Positions 22,331 through 34,263 of a DNA stretch of 64,000 bases are shown piece after piece. The notes below the pieces were generated by a model. It was not told where the DNA came from, ran no database searches, and worked only from the letters and a program-made list of their open reading frames with translations. Source of the DNA: Zancudomyces culisetae HAW-14-8 (lineage: Eukaryota > Fungi > Kickxellomycota); the NCBI GenBank assembly GCA_052426225.1, contig JBNJNM010000011.1, positions 3,472,001-3,536,000 on the forward strand, given 5' to 3'. The position numbers were made by a program, and so were the translations under genes. Every line of letters begins with the position of its first letter. Within the stretch, counting starts at the first letter, position 1.

Positions 22331-25300
22331 TTAAACATCAAATAATAAAGGTCTTGGTTCAAAAGTAATAGAATCATCGGAAATACCAATACAAGATTGA
22401 TCAGGCAATAAAGAAATGGTTTGGTTTTGATTTTGATTTGAATTTTCAATACCTAATTGATTACCATTACCATTACCATTAATAGTAGTAGTAGTAGTAG
22501 AGGTAGAGGTAGAGGTAATTGGTGCATCTTGATCATATAAAAGTTTAAACATTCCAGTTCCAATATTCATTTGAGTACCCATAATAATACGTTCACTAAC
22601 ACCTTCAATAAGATCAGATTTTCCATATACAGCAGCATCAAACAAATGGTCAGTAGTCTTTTCAAAACTAGCCAACATCATTACAGAATCCTTCATTTTG
22701 GCAACACCAAATCTGGTAATTCCCAAAACCTCACCTTTAAAGGTCATAATATCACCCAACAACATGACGTGGCGAGGATCTATAGACATACCGTGGGAAT
22801 GCATAGTATACTGAATCTCATTGATGATGGTGGAACGGGCAGCTTCTATGCCGAGGACATGTTGGGTTTCAATAATGTGGTTGGTGGTGGTCTTTGTTCC
22901 AATGACACCATCGGTGTTCATGACTTCACGGAGACCATAGCCTTCAGCCAATAAGACATACGAGTTCTTGCCAACATCGTTGATTACAGAACGAATGATA
23001 TTGCGAGAGCCACAGACGACAATGTTACACAGTTGGCGACGCAGCTTCTGCATTCGGTAATGGAGTACAGAGAGCGAGGCATCCTTGGTGGTGATGCCGA
23101 CAAAGACACGTAAGCGGTCAGGGTAGTAGACCTTGACGTTGTGATGGCCGATTTTGAGTTTAGGAGCCATGGCAATAGCAGCAGCGACAGCATCCAAGTC
23201 CAATTCAAGCTGCAGGAGGTTGATGGTATTCAAATCCAGTTTGATTCCAATATAACACTGGCTCGGGCGGTAGACTTCCTCAATGCATTCGGAGATTTCG
23301 CCAAGCAGACATTTGGAAATGCGGCCTTTTACAATACGCGCGGATTGCAGGCTGTTTTCGGAAACCAGCTTGGCAGTGATAATGGGAGTACTGATGACTT
23401 TGGCCGCATTGATGATTTCCTTGATCCGTGGCACACCCAGCGTGACGTTCATAGACGCTACACCAGCAAAATGGAAAGTCTTGAGCGTCATCTGGGTGCC
23501 AGGCTCACCAATGGATTGCGCACCAAGAGCACCCACAGCTGTTCCCGGCTCGATTTTGGAGCTTTGGTACTTTTTCAAACAGATTTCCAAAAACTTTAAA
23601 AGCCTGGGTTTGGTAATATGCAGTTTTTGGTTGACAACAGTTCTTGCAGCATGATCGCAACCTGCATCCAAATCCTCCAAATATACATTATTATTATCCA
23701 GACTAGGAACAGTTGCGGGAGGTTGGTCGTATCGTGGAAGGCCGTAAGCAGATCTCAAGTCGGCCAATTTTGTGGCAAGGGAATTACAAAAGGCTTTTAG
23801 AGTATCCAACCAAAACTTAGTACAAATGTTTGTGTATAAAGGACGAGATAATTCGGAATCAACAAAGATAGATACCAAATAAGGAGGCATACCTAAAGGA
23901 GTGGTTGTATTGGTTGTAGTGGGGACAAGAGATTCAACATATGTCCAATTACGAACAAATTCAACAGGGAAACCATCACCTTCCAAACATGAAGGATCCA
24001 ACCCATCATCGCCATACGTAAACTGTACGACATCTCCAACTGAATTTCGCACAGACGTATCATATTGCGTAGACAAATCCTCCAGAGCCTTCATTAGACG
24101 ACGCTGCATATACCCAGTTTCGGCAGTCTTGACGGCAGTATCTACCAACCCTTCACGACCCGAAATAGCATGGAAGAAAAACTCTGTCGGCGACAACCCC
24201 GAATAAAAACTGTTTCTAACAAAGCCCTTTGCAGCCGGCGTCTTTGCATTCTTGAAGAAATGAGGAAGTGTTCGATTGGAAAATCCATTCGCAATTCGTG
24301 ACCCACTAACAATCTGCTGCCCCACCGACGCAACCATCTGACACACATTGATCACCGACCCCTTCGACCCACACGTCGCCATAATCAACGGCGCGTTATG
24401 CCGCCCCAACTCATTCATACATATCGTTCCTACATCGTCACGCACTCTTGACAACACCCCCGAAAGCGTCGATTCCAACGTTTGGTCGTCATCACATCCC
24501 GGCAAATTATCCAGCTCTCCCCGGATGCTTTGTAGAATCAACTCGTCACACCGTGCATATGCATCTTCAATAATCACATCCTTCTGCTCAAACAGCCTTT
24601 TCCCCGGTGTAACATCCGAAATCCCTATAGAAAACCCCATGTTACAACTCCATCGTGCTGACAATTTGGCCAACCGATTCATAATCGCTGCTGCTTCCGC
24701 TGTCCCATAATCATGAAGCACCACAAAAAATATCGACTTCTTTTTCCCGTCTCCTACTATCGACTTATCCAACACTCCACACATTATCTCACTATCTATA
24801 ATCACCAAATACCCATCATTCGGACACATCTCATCGCGTCGCTTCACCTTCGACTTGATAAACGACTTGGTCTTTGTCTCCAACATCACCCGTACCGGCG
24901 AATCTCGGTTCGGCCTCATCAGCAAATTAATCACTTGCTTGCCCGTCCACAACACCTGCGGCTTCATTATGCTCGGCGCTGGCAAATCAATCTGCATATT
25001 CGCATCAAAACAATACGAAATAATCTGCGCCACCTCCGCCCGTGAATAGAACCGGTCCCGCTGCGTAATCAAATACGATGTCGTAATAAAATCCTGCGTT
25101 GCTCCAATAATCGGCTCTCCATTCCTCGGCGTCACCAAATTGTTCTTCACCCCCATCAATATCAACGCCTCTGCTCGCGCCTCCTCTGTCTGTGGCAAAT
25201 GTAAATTCATCTCGTCTCCATCAAAATCTGCATTGTACGGCGTACACACACACTCGTTAAACCGAAACGTTCTCCACGGCTTAACCCTTGCCCGATGCGC

Positions 25301-26704
25301 CATAATCGATAGTCTATGCAGCGACGGCTGTCGATTAAACAACACTATATCCCCATCATTCAAATGCCGCTCCACTATATCTCCACTCTCCAACCCGTCT
25401 GCCAGTTCATCTCGTCGTCCAAACTTCAAAAACCGTTTCATTCCTCCCTCCCGTTTTTTCTGTACATAGTTTGCTCCTGGATGAACCTCCGGCCCGTTAT
25501 TCACCAATCGCTTCAGCTTCTCCTTGTTGTGTCGTGTAACCACTTCTGGATATGTAAGAATCTTTGCCACCAACTCTGGAACTGCCACTTCATCTATCCC
25601 CATGTTTGGATCTGGCGATATTACCGTTCGTGCTGAGAAATCCACTCTCTTTCCCGACAAGTTCCCCCGAAATCTTCCCTGTTTTCCCTTAAGTCTCTGT
25701 GTAAACCCTCTAATTGGCTTCCCTACCATATTTATCGATATCCCTGGAACCTCCGAACTAATATACATCGCTACTGCCAATGACAAAAAATCCCACTGCT
25801 CCATTATATTTCCTATCGACGCCCCCTTTTGAATCCCCGCCTCTATCAACGAATTTATAAACACTATCTCCGTCAACTTTACCGTCAAATCATCCTCATT
25901 CGTACCCCCCTCCTGTGCCACCGACGGCCTAATACATACTGGTGGCACTGGTACTGCCGTCCACAAATAATTCTCTGGTCTCCCTCCATTCTTATCCAAC
26001 CCCATAAGCTCGCTATCTTCATCACTGATCAGCTGGAACATTTGGTATACTTTTAATGGTGAAAACTCTTCTTGTGCCTTTTGTCCAAAATTCTTCAATT
26101 CCGCCGACCCTTCCCCGACTGCCCGCTCCAACTCTTGCTTGTAACTTTCAAATTCCGCCGTCGTCCGCTTTTGCCTAAACTTTTCATGAACTATCTTTAA
26201 CGGCCCCGACTTTTTAACCACTCCATTCGTAGCCCGACAGTACATACAATACGTCACCTTCCGACATTTTTCATTCAACGCCTTCATAATCCCCCGAATC
26301 TGCTGCCCATCCAAATTCGGCGTACGCAGCCGCCTCAAAAATACTCTTCGGTCCTCCTCCTCCAATAACACTCGACAACACGTCTTGCATATATTCTGCA
26401 GTATCGTAATCGTCATTTTAAAATATCCTATATGATATACCGGCACACACAAATTGATATACCCCCAATGCCCCACACAATCCGCCAGCCCCAACCCACA
26501 CGTCTTACATATCGACTTTTTGTCCGACACTCCAAGCCGTAGATCCAACACCCCATTTTCCGCCGGCAGCTTGGTTTCGGCATTATATAGATCTCGATTG
26601 TTGATTGATATTTCGGCCGCCCTTCTTATATCTGCAGGACTCGGCACCCCAAACTGTATCTTGTGTACTCGCTTTGGTACCGAATGTGCCACATGTACCT
26701 TCAT
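22331..26704 (-). CDS. RPC1: RNA polymerase III largest subunit
   Basis: YNADFDGDEMN catalytic motif, GKRVDFSARTVISPD, SIGEPGTQMTLKTFHFAGVASMNVTLGVPRIKEIINA; no CTD heptads. Confidence 0.97.
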   Translation of the reverse strand: MKVHVAHSVPKRVHKIQFGVPSPADIRRAAEISINNRDLYNAETKLPAENGVLDLRLGVSDKKSICKTCGLGLADCVGHWGYINLCVPVYHIGYFKMTITILQNICKTCCRVLLEEEDRRVFLRRLRTPNLDGQQIRGIMKALNEKCRKVTYCMYCRATNGVVKKSGPLKIVHEKFRQKRTTAEFESYKQELERAVGEGSAELKNFGQKAQEEFSPLKVYQMFQLISDEDSELMGLDKNGGRPENYLWTAVPVPPVCIRPSVAQEGGTNEDDLTVKLTEIVFINSLIEAGIQKGASIGNIMEQWDFLSLAVAMYISSEVPGISINMVGKPIRGFTQRLKGKQGRFRGNLSGKRVDFSARTVISPDPNMGIDEVAVPELVAKILTYPEVVTRHNKEKLKRLVNNGPEVHPGANYVQKKREGGMKRFLKFGRRDELADGLESGDIVERHLNDGDIVLFNRQPSLHRLSIMAHRARVKPWRTFRFNECVCTPYNADFDGDEMNLHLPQTEEARAEALILMGVKNNLVTPRNGEPIIGATQDFITTSYLITQRDRFYSRAEVAQIISYCFDANMQIDLPAPSIMKPQVLWTGKQVINLLMRPNRDSPVRVMLETKTKSFIKSKVKRRDEMCPNDGYLVIIDSEIMCGVLDKSIVGDGKKKSIFFVVLHDYGTAEAAAIMNRLAKLSARWSCNMGFSIGISDVTPGKRLFEQKDVIIEDAYARCDELILQSIRGELDNLPGCDDDQTLESTLSGVLSRVRDDVGTICMNELGRHNAPLIMATCGSKGSVINVCQMVASVGQQIVSGSRIANGFSNRTLPHFFKNAKTPAAKGFVRNSFYSGLSPTEFFFHAISGREGLVDTAVKTAETGYMQRRLMKALEDLSTQYDTSVRNSVGDVVQFTYGDDGLDPSCLEGDGFPVEFVRNWTYVESLVPTTTNTTTPLGMPPYLVSIFVDSELSRPLYTNICTKFWLDTLKAFCNSLATKLADLRSAYGLPRYDQPPATVPSLDNNNVYLEDLDAGCDHAARTVVNQKLHITKPRLLKFLEICLKKYQSSKIEPGTAVGALGAQSIGEPGTQMTLKTFHFAGVASMNVTLGVPRIKEIINAAKVISTPIITAKLVSENSLQSARIVKGRISKCLLGEISECIEEVYRPSQCYIGIKLDLNTINLLQLELDLDAVAAAIAMAPKLKIGHHNVKVYYPDRLRVFVGITTKDASLSVLHYRMQKLRRQLCNIVVCGSRNIIRSVINDVGKNSYVLLAEGYGLREVMNTDGVIGTKTTTNHIIETQHVLGIEAARSTIINEIQYTMHSHGMSIDPRHVMLLGDIMTFKGEVLGITRFGVAKMKDSVMMLASFEKTTDHLFDAAVYGKSDLIEGVSERIIMGTQMNIGTGMFKLLYDQDAPITSTSTSTTTTTINGNGNGNQLGIENSNQNQNQTISLLPDQSCIGISDDSITFEPRPLLFDV

Positions 26705-27161
26705 TTTCTAATTTCTATCTCGTAATTTTATTTTATTTTATTATTTTATTATTATTATATTGCTATTATTTTATTTAAATCAATTTTTTAAAAAATACTG
26801 CTTTGTTTTTCATTAACCGAGATACATTTAAAAAAAAAATTTTTTTTTATATACTACTAGTCAAGTTCAAATTTGATTTATTTTTATTACATTATTTTCA
26901 ATTTATTCAAAATCAACTTTAATTCCTTATATTTTTTTCTATGAGCTTTATTTATTTTATTTTCATTATCCGAAAAATTCAATATTAAAAAAAAAATTTT
27001 TCTTTCCTTTATTTATTTATTTATTTATTCAATTCTCACCAAATAACTACATTTCAAAAAAAAATTGAAATGAAATAAAATAAAATATAAAAAAAACCAA
27101 AAATTAAAAACAAATTAAACTATTAAAAAAAATTATTAAAAAAAAAAAAACTCGATATTCA

Positions 27162-30100
27162 CTACTGTTTAGTTTCAAATGATGGTTGTTGTTTATAATT
27201 ATAATTATAATCCCATCTTGATGAATACCCATTACCACTACCATTACCACCATTACCATTACCATTACCACTCCCATTACTAGGAACTACATCCGAATAA
27301 AAATCATACCCATTTTGTTTCAACTTGTAACTCCTCTGGTATGTATTATCGTCATTCGTATATTCCTTGGCTTTGCCAATCAGTGGTAGGTTGGGACTGA
27401 ACCCAGTAGAATTCGAACCATGAGCAGTATTGGGAATATTTAAATCCAAATCTAAATCCAAATCCAAGTCCAAATCTAAATCTAAATCCAGACCCAATCC
27501 AAAACCTGGGCCTAAACCCATTCCTGCATTCATTCCTGCATTCATACCTGTATTTGTATTTGTGTTTTTGTTCGAATTTAAATTTGTCCCTGCACCCATA
27601 CCCATACCAATATTTCCCATATTTCCCATATTATTCATACCCAAATTACCCATATTTCCCAAATTACTCATACCCATATTACCCATACCTAAACCCAAAC
27701 CTAAACCCAAACCCAAACCTAAACCCGTATTCCCCAAACCCAAGCTTGAACTCAAACCAACACTATTCGTAGTTTTAGAAATGTTATGGGCTGGATTCAA
27801 GGATTGTTGCAAATTTTCAGTTAACGGAAGGTTGTAGTTCAAAGCAAATGGATTAGTACTAGAATCTGAAGAAGGACAAGCCGAACCCAATAGCGCAGAT
27901 CCAAAGAAATTTGTAGGATGTGCATTGTGTGTTGAATATTTATGTTCATTGTTGGGTTCTGATGATCTTTGCAAAGTATTGATCGATCCTAGATTGGAAA
28001 ACAACAACTTGTCTATTCCATTATTATTAATATTATTACTAATATTGTTATTGCTACTGTTATTGATATTGGTATTGGTATTGATATTATTATTGGCATT
28101 ATTATTGGTATTGGTATTGACATTATTATTGGTGTTATTATTCGAAAATAAACCACCACATGATAACCCACTAGAAAGTTGTGGTAATGCACGATCACCA
28201 AAATGTCCAGAACCAACCGCAGGCTTAGATTGCCGTAATGGAACATACATATCAGATCCAAAGTTGGAATGCTGAGAACCAAGCTGTGAGCGCAAACCTA
28301 TTCTTCCCAGCCCAGGCACAAGAAATCCTTGGTCGTCCAACTGTCTATCCACAAACTGAGGACTCATACTGCTGTTTGAAAGATTTGAATGTGAAAATGT
28401 TGGCCGGATATGAGAAGATTGGTCTGAATTGTTCGAGTAAAGCGTTGAAACGTGTTTAGCTGGTGTTGAATACGGAACAATTTCGTCTTGATCTTTATTC
28501 TGAAGTTGCGCAAACGGCGTATGACTTTTATGTGTCACTTTTATTTCTCTAGGCTTATTGGGTATTGATGTTGATGTTGATGTCGATGTTGGTAATGGCT
28601 TTGTTGCAAACAATAATATTTCTTCCTCTTCCTCTTCCTCTTGTTCTTCTTCTTTCACTTTATTATTATTAACCTCACTATCTCCATCTTCCATCTCATT
28701 CAAAACTGTTTCTAGTCCATCAAACTCTTTAGGCAACTCTTGTTCACTTTTATAATCTTGCTCAAGCGCTGTGTACGTAGAAATCACTGCTTCTGCAACC
28801 TCGAAAATCCTACAAATCCTGCTACCAACAAGATTTCCTTCTGAATCCTCCAAACTCAATTCCTCACGCGACTCACCTTTATCTCCCAAAACTATTTCAA
28901 AGACATCCTGGCTGCTTCCTGGCAAACCCCATCCTTTAAACTCAACCGCCTCAGGAAGGTTACTACATTGTGATTTTGTATTCTCAACAAAGTCAACATA
29001 CAGCTTGGTAAACAAAGACATGGTCTTCAAAATCTCTGACTTTTCAACTGCTCTTAGAAAATGGCTACCTAACACTGAACTACCCTTCATCGCTCCCAGA
29101 ATCCACCCTGTCCCCAAATATACGCTGGGCAAAATCTTGACAAGAACATTTATATCATCTGTTCCTGCCTCAAACTTTATTCCCGAATGCTCACACAACA
29201 GTTTTACCATTCTGACTCCAACCTCTACCCCACTCACTCTACCTCCCATCTCATATCCCTCATCCCCGACAGCCTCGGTGTACTTCTTTTGATCCACCAT
29301 CGCTATTGAAAGAATACTAACTGTAATCATCTCAAGTTGTTTTGCACTAACCTGTTGATCACTTATAAGTTCCTCGAGTGCGTTTTCCCACAATTCCATT
29401 TCCTCCTTCTCAATATTCCCTCTTTCAAGCAACTTATTTATCGTGTCCAAATAAACAAACTCTCCCGTCACATTCCCCATATCCCTTTTTCTTCTTTCAT
29501 CATTCAAATACCGCCTTAAATTGATCCCTGCCGTCATATATGCCTTTTGTGATGTAAGCGCTTTACAATAATTGCTCAAACACTCATACATCCTACCCGC
29601 CATCCCAAAAACTACCCCAAGCTGGTTATATATCAACCCGTTTCCATAATCAAGTCTTCTAGCCTCATTGTACACTGTCAATGCTGCAAGCAAGTTGTAT
29701 CCCATCCCCTTAATACTATCCAACTTTAACTTTGATTCGCTCTTCCCCTTCATCTCCATCTGCTCGCCAACCCCCATCGTTTCTCTATCCAACTTCTTAT
29801 CACTATACATCGATTGATATCGGTATAGATCTCCCAAGCTAATCATCACCCTTTGTGTTGCTGATACTATCTCCCCCAACTCTTCAGACTTGGGTTTTTT
29901 TGAAAGCTGTTCAAGTATTTCCTCAACGCCTATACTACCCCTCAACCCCACAAGCTCATCCACCGCTCTCCTTTCGTCACCGTCTCTCATTTTTTCTCGT
30001 AGCTTTAAAAACATCTTGTTTAAAAATGTCGTGTAAAAACCCACTGATTCCTGAAGGAAAACTGTCATCCCCATCCTCATCCTTTCCCTTTCCTCCTCAT

Positions 30101-30626
30101 ACTCCCCAGGGTATTGCTTTCTTTGTTTGTTCAGTTTTTCCATCCTCTTCCTATACTCATTGACTGTGCTATACACTGCCGTTCGCCACAGTGTCATTTC
30201 AAGTCCCTGTTTTGTCGAATATTCCACATTGCCCATTATTATGTCAAAATATAGCCTCCTTGCTATATACCGAAGATTAAGAATCTCCTCAACATTCTCT
30301 TCCAGACCTTGCCTGAGCTTTTCTCCAAGCTCATTTTCAATAGCCAATATTTCTTCAAGCTTATCTACCACTGCAGAAACCCCAATTGCACTGCTCTCCG
30401 CTTGATTCTGCTTTGCAAAAACTTGATTTCCACCTTCCTTCTTGAACGCCTTGGCTCCAATTGCGCTCTGATCTGATCTCAACCCCTTACCATCTCTTGG
30501 TTTACTCCTGTTATATACTTCCCCTACGTTTGTTTTCTTCAATTGTGTTGCTTCTTTCCTATTGTTGTTCCATCTTCCTGTATTACCTATTTTTCTTGAC
30601 TCATTGTACCCCTCTTTATAGCTCAT
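27162..30626 (-). CDS. EST1/SMG7-like NMD or telomerase-associated TPR protein with low-complexity C-terminus
   Basis: EMTLWRTAVY, ISLGDLYRY and YNEARRLDYGNGLIYNQLGV match the EST1/SMG5-7 14-3-3-like domain; no PIN domain. Confidence 0.75.
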   Translation of the reverse strand: MSYKEGYNESRKIGNTGRWNNNRKEATQLKKTNVGEVYNRSKPRDGKGLRSDQSAIGAKAFKKEGGNQVFAKQNQAESSAIGVSAVVDKLEEILAIENELGEKLRQGLEENVEEILNLRYIARRLYFDIIMGNVEYSTKQGLEMTLWRTAVYSTVNEYRKRMEKLNKQRKQYPGEYEEERERMRMGMTVFLQESVGFYTTFLNKMFLKLREKMRDGDERRAVDELVGLRGSIGVEEILEQLSKKPKSEELGEIVSATQRVMISLGDLYRYQSMYSDKKLDRETMGVGEQMEMKGKSESKLKLDSIKGMGYNLLAALTVYNEARRLDYGNGLIYNQLGVVFGMAGRMYECLSNYCKALTSQKAYMTAGINLRRYLNDERRKRDMGNVTGEFVYLDTINKLLERGNIEKEEMELWENALEELISDQQVSAKQLEMITVSILSIAMVDQKKYTEAVGDEGYEMGGRVSGVEVGVRMVKLLCEHSGIKFEAGTDDINVLVKILPSVYLGTGWILGAMKGSSVLGSHFLRAVEKSEILKTMSLFTKLYVDFVENTKSQCSNLPEAVEFKGWGLPGSSQDVFEIVLGDKGESREELSLEDSEGNLVGSRICRIFEVAEAVISTYTALEQDYKSEQELPKEFDGLETVLNEMEDGDSEVNNNKVKEEEQEEEEEEEILLFATKPLPTSTSTSTSIPNKPREIKVTHKSHTPFAQLQNKDQDEIVPYSTPAKHVSTLYSNNSDQSSHIRPTFSHSNLSNSSMSPQFVDRQLDDQGFLVPGLGRIGLRSQLGSQHSNFGSDMYVPLRQSKPAVGSGHFGDRALPQLSSGLSCGGLFSNNNTNNNVNTNTNNNANNNINTNTNINNSSNNNISNNINNNGIDKLLFSNLGSINTLQRSSEPNNEHKYSTHNAHPTNFFGSALLGSACPSSDSSTNPFALNYNLPLTENLQQSLNPAHNISKTTNSVGLSSSLGLGNTGLGLGLGLGLGLGMGNMGMSNLGNMGNLGMNNMGNMGNIGMGMGAGTNLNSNKNTNTNTGMNAGMNAGMGLGPGFGLGLDLDLDLDLDLDLDLDLNIPNTAHGSNSTGFSPNLPLIGKAKEYTNDDNTYQRSYKLKQNGYDFYSDVVPSNGSGNGNGNGGNGSGNGYSSRWDYNYNYKQQPSFETKQ

Positions 30627-31018
30627 TTATTTTTCTTTAACTTGAATTTGGTGTCCTTTACTAATTAAACGCAACAGATTATTTCCTCGTTTTGTAGGCT
30701 AATCTCTATTGCAAAAAAAAAACAACAACAATGTCCAAATTCGTTGAAAAATGTTATAAACCAATTGATACCTTAATCTATTACGATAGTTGTTTTGTGA
30801 TAGTGTTATATTGTTATTTATCCCAGTTTTTGTCGCTTTAATGTTTTTAAAGCGTAACTTTGTTGCAATAACAATAAAAATAACAAGGTTGGCAATCAAG
30901 TATACTCAAATTTCGGGGGAAGGGCAAATATAAAAAATATACACATATATGTATGAATATACTATATTTTTTCGAAATTATTACGAATTTACTAATCGCT
31001 TCTTTTAATCCATGAATA

Positions 31019-31094
31019 TTTTATTTTATTTTATTTTATTTTATTTTATTTTATTTTATTTTATTTTATTTTATTTTATTTTATTTTATTTTAT
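31019..31094. repeat. (TTTTA)n pentanucleotide microsatellite, about 15 units
   Basis: Perfect tandem array visible directly. Confidence 0.95.
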
Positions 31095-32936
31095 TTCATT
31101 TAGCTTTTACTAAACTTTAGTCTAATACATCCCCACCGAAAATAGAATAAAAAAATTTTTTTTAATAATTTTTTATTTATTTATTTATTTTTTGTGGAAT
31201 TTGAGCTATACATTTCGCCTAAAAAAAATAAACAAAAAATACATGCAAATTACCCAATATTTCCTAATCTCTTTCCTACCCAACCTCTACCCCCCCTCCC
31301 TACCTCCCCTCTCCTCTTCTTCATCTTTTTCATTTTCCTCCTCCTTCTCCCCCTCATCTTTTATCTCTCATCACACATTTCTCATCACTTATCCTAGTCT
31401 TTGTGTTCCACGTACTCTCAAGTATCAAATATTTCATTGCCACAAAAATTAAAATAAAAATAAAAAAGTAAATCCAAGTTTTATCAGCATAGTTTCTTTT
31501 TTTATTTTTTATTGTGAACATTATTTGCTCAAAACATGGAATTTATGAAACCTTACTCAAAATAAAAATCCGAAAACCCAGAAGATCTAAAGTGCAGGAA
31601 ATGTAAAATAAAATACGTTTGGATATATGACAATAATGTTGGTAATACTAGTCATTAACCAGCATGCTATTTTTATTTCCTTTTCTTTTGTCCCAACTTT
31701 CCCAAATATATTATAAGCTTGATTGGTACAAACGAATTGAAGGTTAAAAGTTACATTGTAGTCATTTTTTTTAATGATGTTCCTAGTTTTGTTTTGTTTT
31801 GTTTTCATTCCTTCAATCTTGAGGTTAGTGAATATTTCTCTTTTTCCCTTGAATGTTTTGACCATTTCTCTCATGTTATAATCATACTCCTTGAAATTCA
31901 CCCCCCACACACACACCCTCCAATTCCGCCCCAATTTCTCCTCAAATATTCAACTCTTCCCCCTTCCTTCTCCTTCGATTGTTCATTGTGAAATACACCA
32001 TTTACTTTATTTTTAAAGAAATCATAATAATGGAAAACTAAATGTAAAATATAATGGGCAAAACATGCTTTGAGTAATTTTTATCGGCCATTTTAGATAT
32101 TAATGATATTCCCATACCCATACCCATACTCTTATCCAGCTCCACAAAAATCTTGCACGTATATTAATGACACCATGCTGCTGAGTGTTTCATAATTTGA
32201 TATATTTACACTCACACACCACAAATATATATCATCCCTTATTTTGACATGGATGAGTTACTGATTATTCTGCGCTAATTATAAAAGTATAAGCATATTC
32301 ATTTACACGTTCTTTTTTTACACCGAAAAATGCATCTATACTTTATTCTTGTGTTCAGACACAACCCAACTCTGCTTTTTTTTTCAACTTGATATGGTCC
32401 ATCTCTAAAATAAATAATTCATTTTCATAATACCAGTAAGCAATTCTACCCTCTTATCCACAATCGAACCAAGTTCACCCTTATAGTTTTGTGAATCTGA
32501 TCTCATTTTCTTCTTTGCAGCCTAAAGTGCTGTTTTTAGTACGTGTTCACTTTACATTTCCATTAAAAATATAAACATTAGACGTTTCAAGGAATCTGTA
32601 ACATTATATACATACATACTTAATATGACTGAATCAAACCCAAAAAAAATAAAAAAATAAAAAAATAAAAAGACATAGAATGACATCAACACACGGCTCT
32701 ATAATAATATATTCTTAGAAAACGTGATAACAAGAAAATATATAATCGAAAATTCAACTCTCAGCTTTGTTGGAACTACATATACTGAAGCGTCCAAAGT
32801 AAATGTGCCTTAAACACCTTATGAGAAAGAGAAAAAAAATACTCCATATGGTGATATTTATAAACAGATTGACAAAGACAGGTCAAGAATTGGAAAAATA
32901 TTAGTGAGGATATAAAAAAACAAATCAACAGAAAGT

Positions 32937-34263
32937 TTAATCTTTTCTATTTGGAGATGCCAAAACATCCTTGTCTCCATAATCACTGGTACTAGTGTTC
33001 AGAGTTGCGGGAGGTGGCAATGACTGTTTTCCAACAGGCGTTTCCCGTTTGGCAACATTCTTAGCATGAGTATACAAAATACCTGCAGAGAATCCCAAAA
33101 TTACTGCCAACACTGCCCCAAAAGAAACAGGATCTGGGAACCAAAGCATCGAAAACACAGCAATTGGAAGTTTGTTCAAGGCTCCAGTCATCGAATAAGT
33201 TGTAGACGAAGTTGTTCTAATACACCAGGCCGATGTATATGATATAGCAAAAGCACTAATCGCAGATACCGAGTTTGCTGAAATGTACGACATCAGTTCC
33301 GCTGAGTTCTCGTTGTGCTTGTAAAAGTCATAAAACTTGGTCCATGGCTCTGTAAACAAACTCAAAAGAACAAATATTCCCAATGTCAAAAAGTTGTTGT
33401 AGTAAACGGTATCAAAGTCCTTAAAGTTAACGGTGAGGATAACCTTTCTCATAACAACAACATAAAATGCTGTACACACACAATTCATTATTACCCATGT
33501 ATACCCCTGAAGATTGAATTTAATATCGTTTAGGGCTCCAACTATGGAGGAAAGAACCATGAGGAAGAACGAGGATAGCATCAGACGTGTAACAGGTGTT
33601 TTGAACACAAATCTCTCTCCATAAGCAACTGCAATGATTGTAAGATTCTTAAAGACAGTAAACAAAGGCACATTGAGGTATTGCAATGCCTTTGCTCCTG
33701 TGTAAAGCATCATTGATTGAGATAAAGCTACAGGCATCCACTTTTGAACATCTTTCTTATTCAGCGCTCTGTATTTTATATCAGACGACAACTTCCCTGC
33801 GATAACCAACAAAAGCATGCTTCCTAGAGACTATTTTAAATTAAATCCACATTTTATTTATGTACTGGTAGTTTTTCGAGTAAATATCGTAAATGGACCT
33901 TGTCGGTAAAGAAATTTTCCAAAATTCAAATTTAAATCCTAGCCTTTCATGATATCACCTTTTCTTTACACACACATTTCTTTAATCCCGATAAAAAAAA
34001 GCAAAAGTGTAATAAAGATGAGCTGCAACGGCTAAAAAAAAACTAAATCAAATTTACAGCGCCACACTCGCTCTTTCGGCAAATAGAAAGGAAGAATAGA
34101 AGCTGATACAGGGAATAAATAAATCACTTACCTGGATCGCAAGCACAAAGAATGCCATGTGAAAACTAAACCCCGAGAGAACGAATTTGTTTGTAAGTGT
34201 CATCGTAATTGACGATGCACAGTACGAAAGAATTGGTATGGCTCCTGCAATCTTCTGTCTCAT
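32937..34263 (-). CDS. VRG4: Golgi GDP-mannose transporter; intron 33831-34131
   Basis: ILSYCASSITMTLTNKFVLS, FTVFKNLTII, STTYSMTGALNKLP (GALNK motif). Confidence 0.93.

Noticed and set aside
2635-26704. Functional link between the tRNA pair and RPC1 in the same window
   Set aside because: About 20 kb apart with unrelated genes between; probably coincidence
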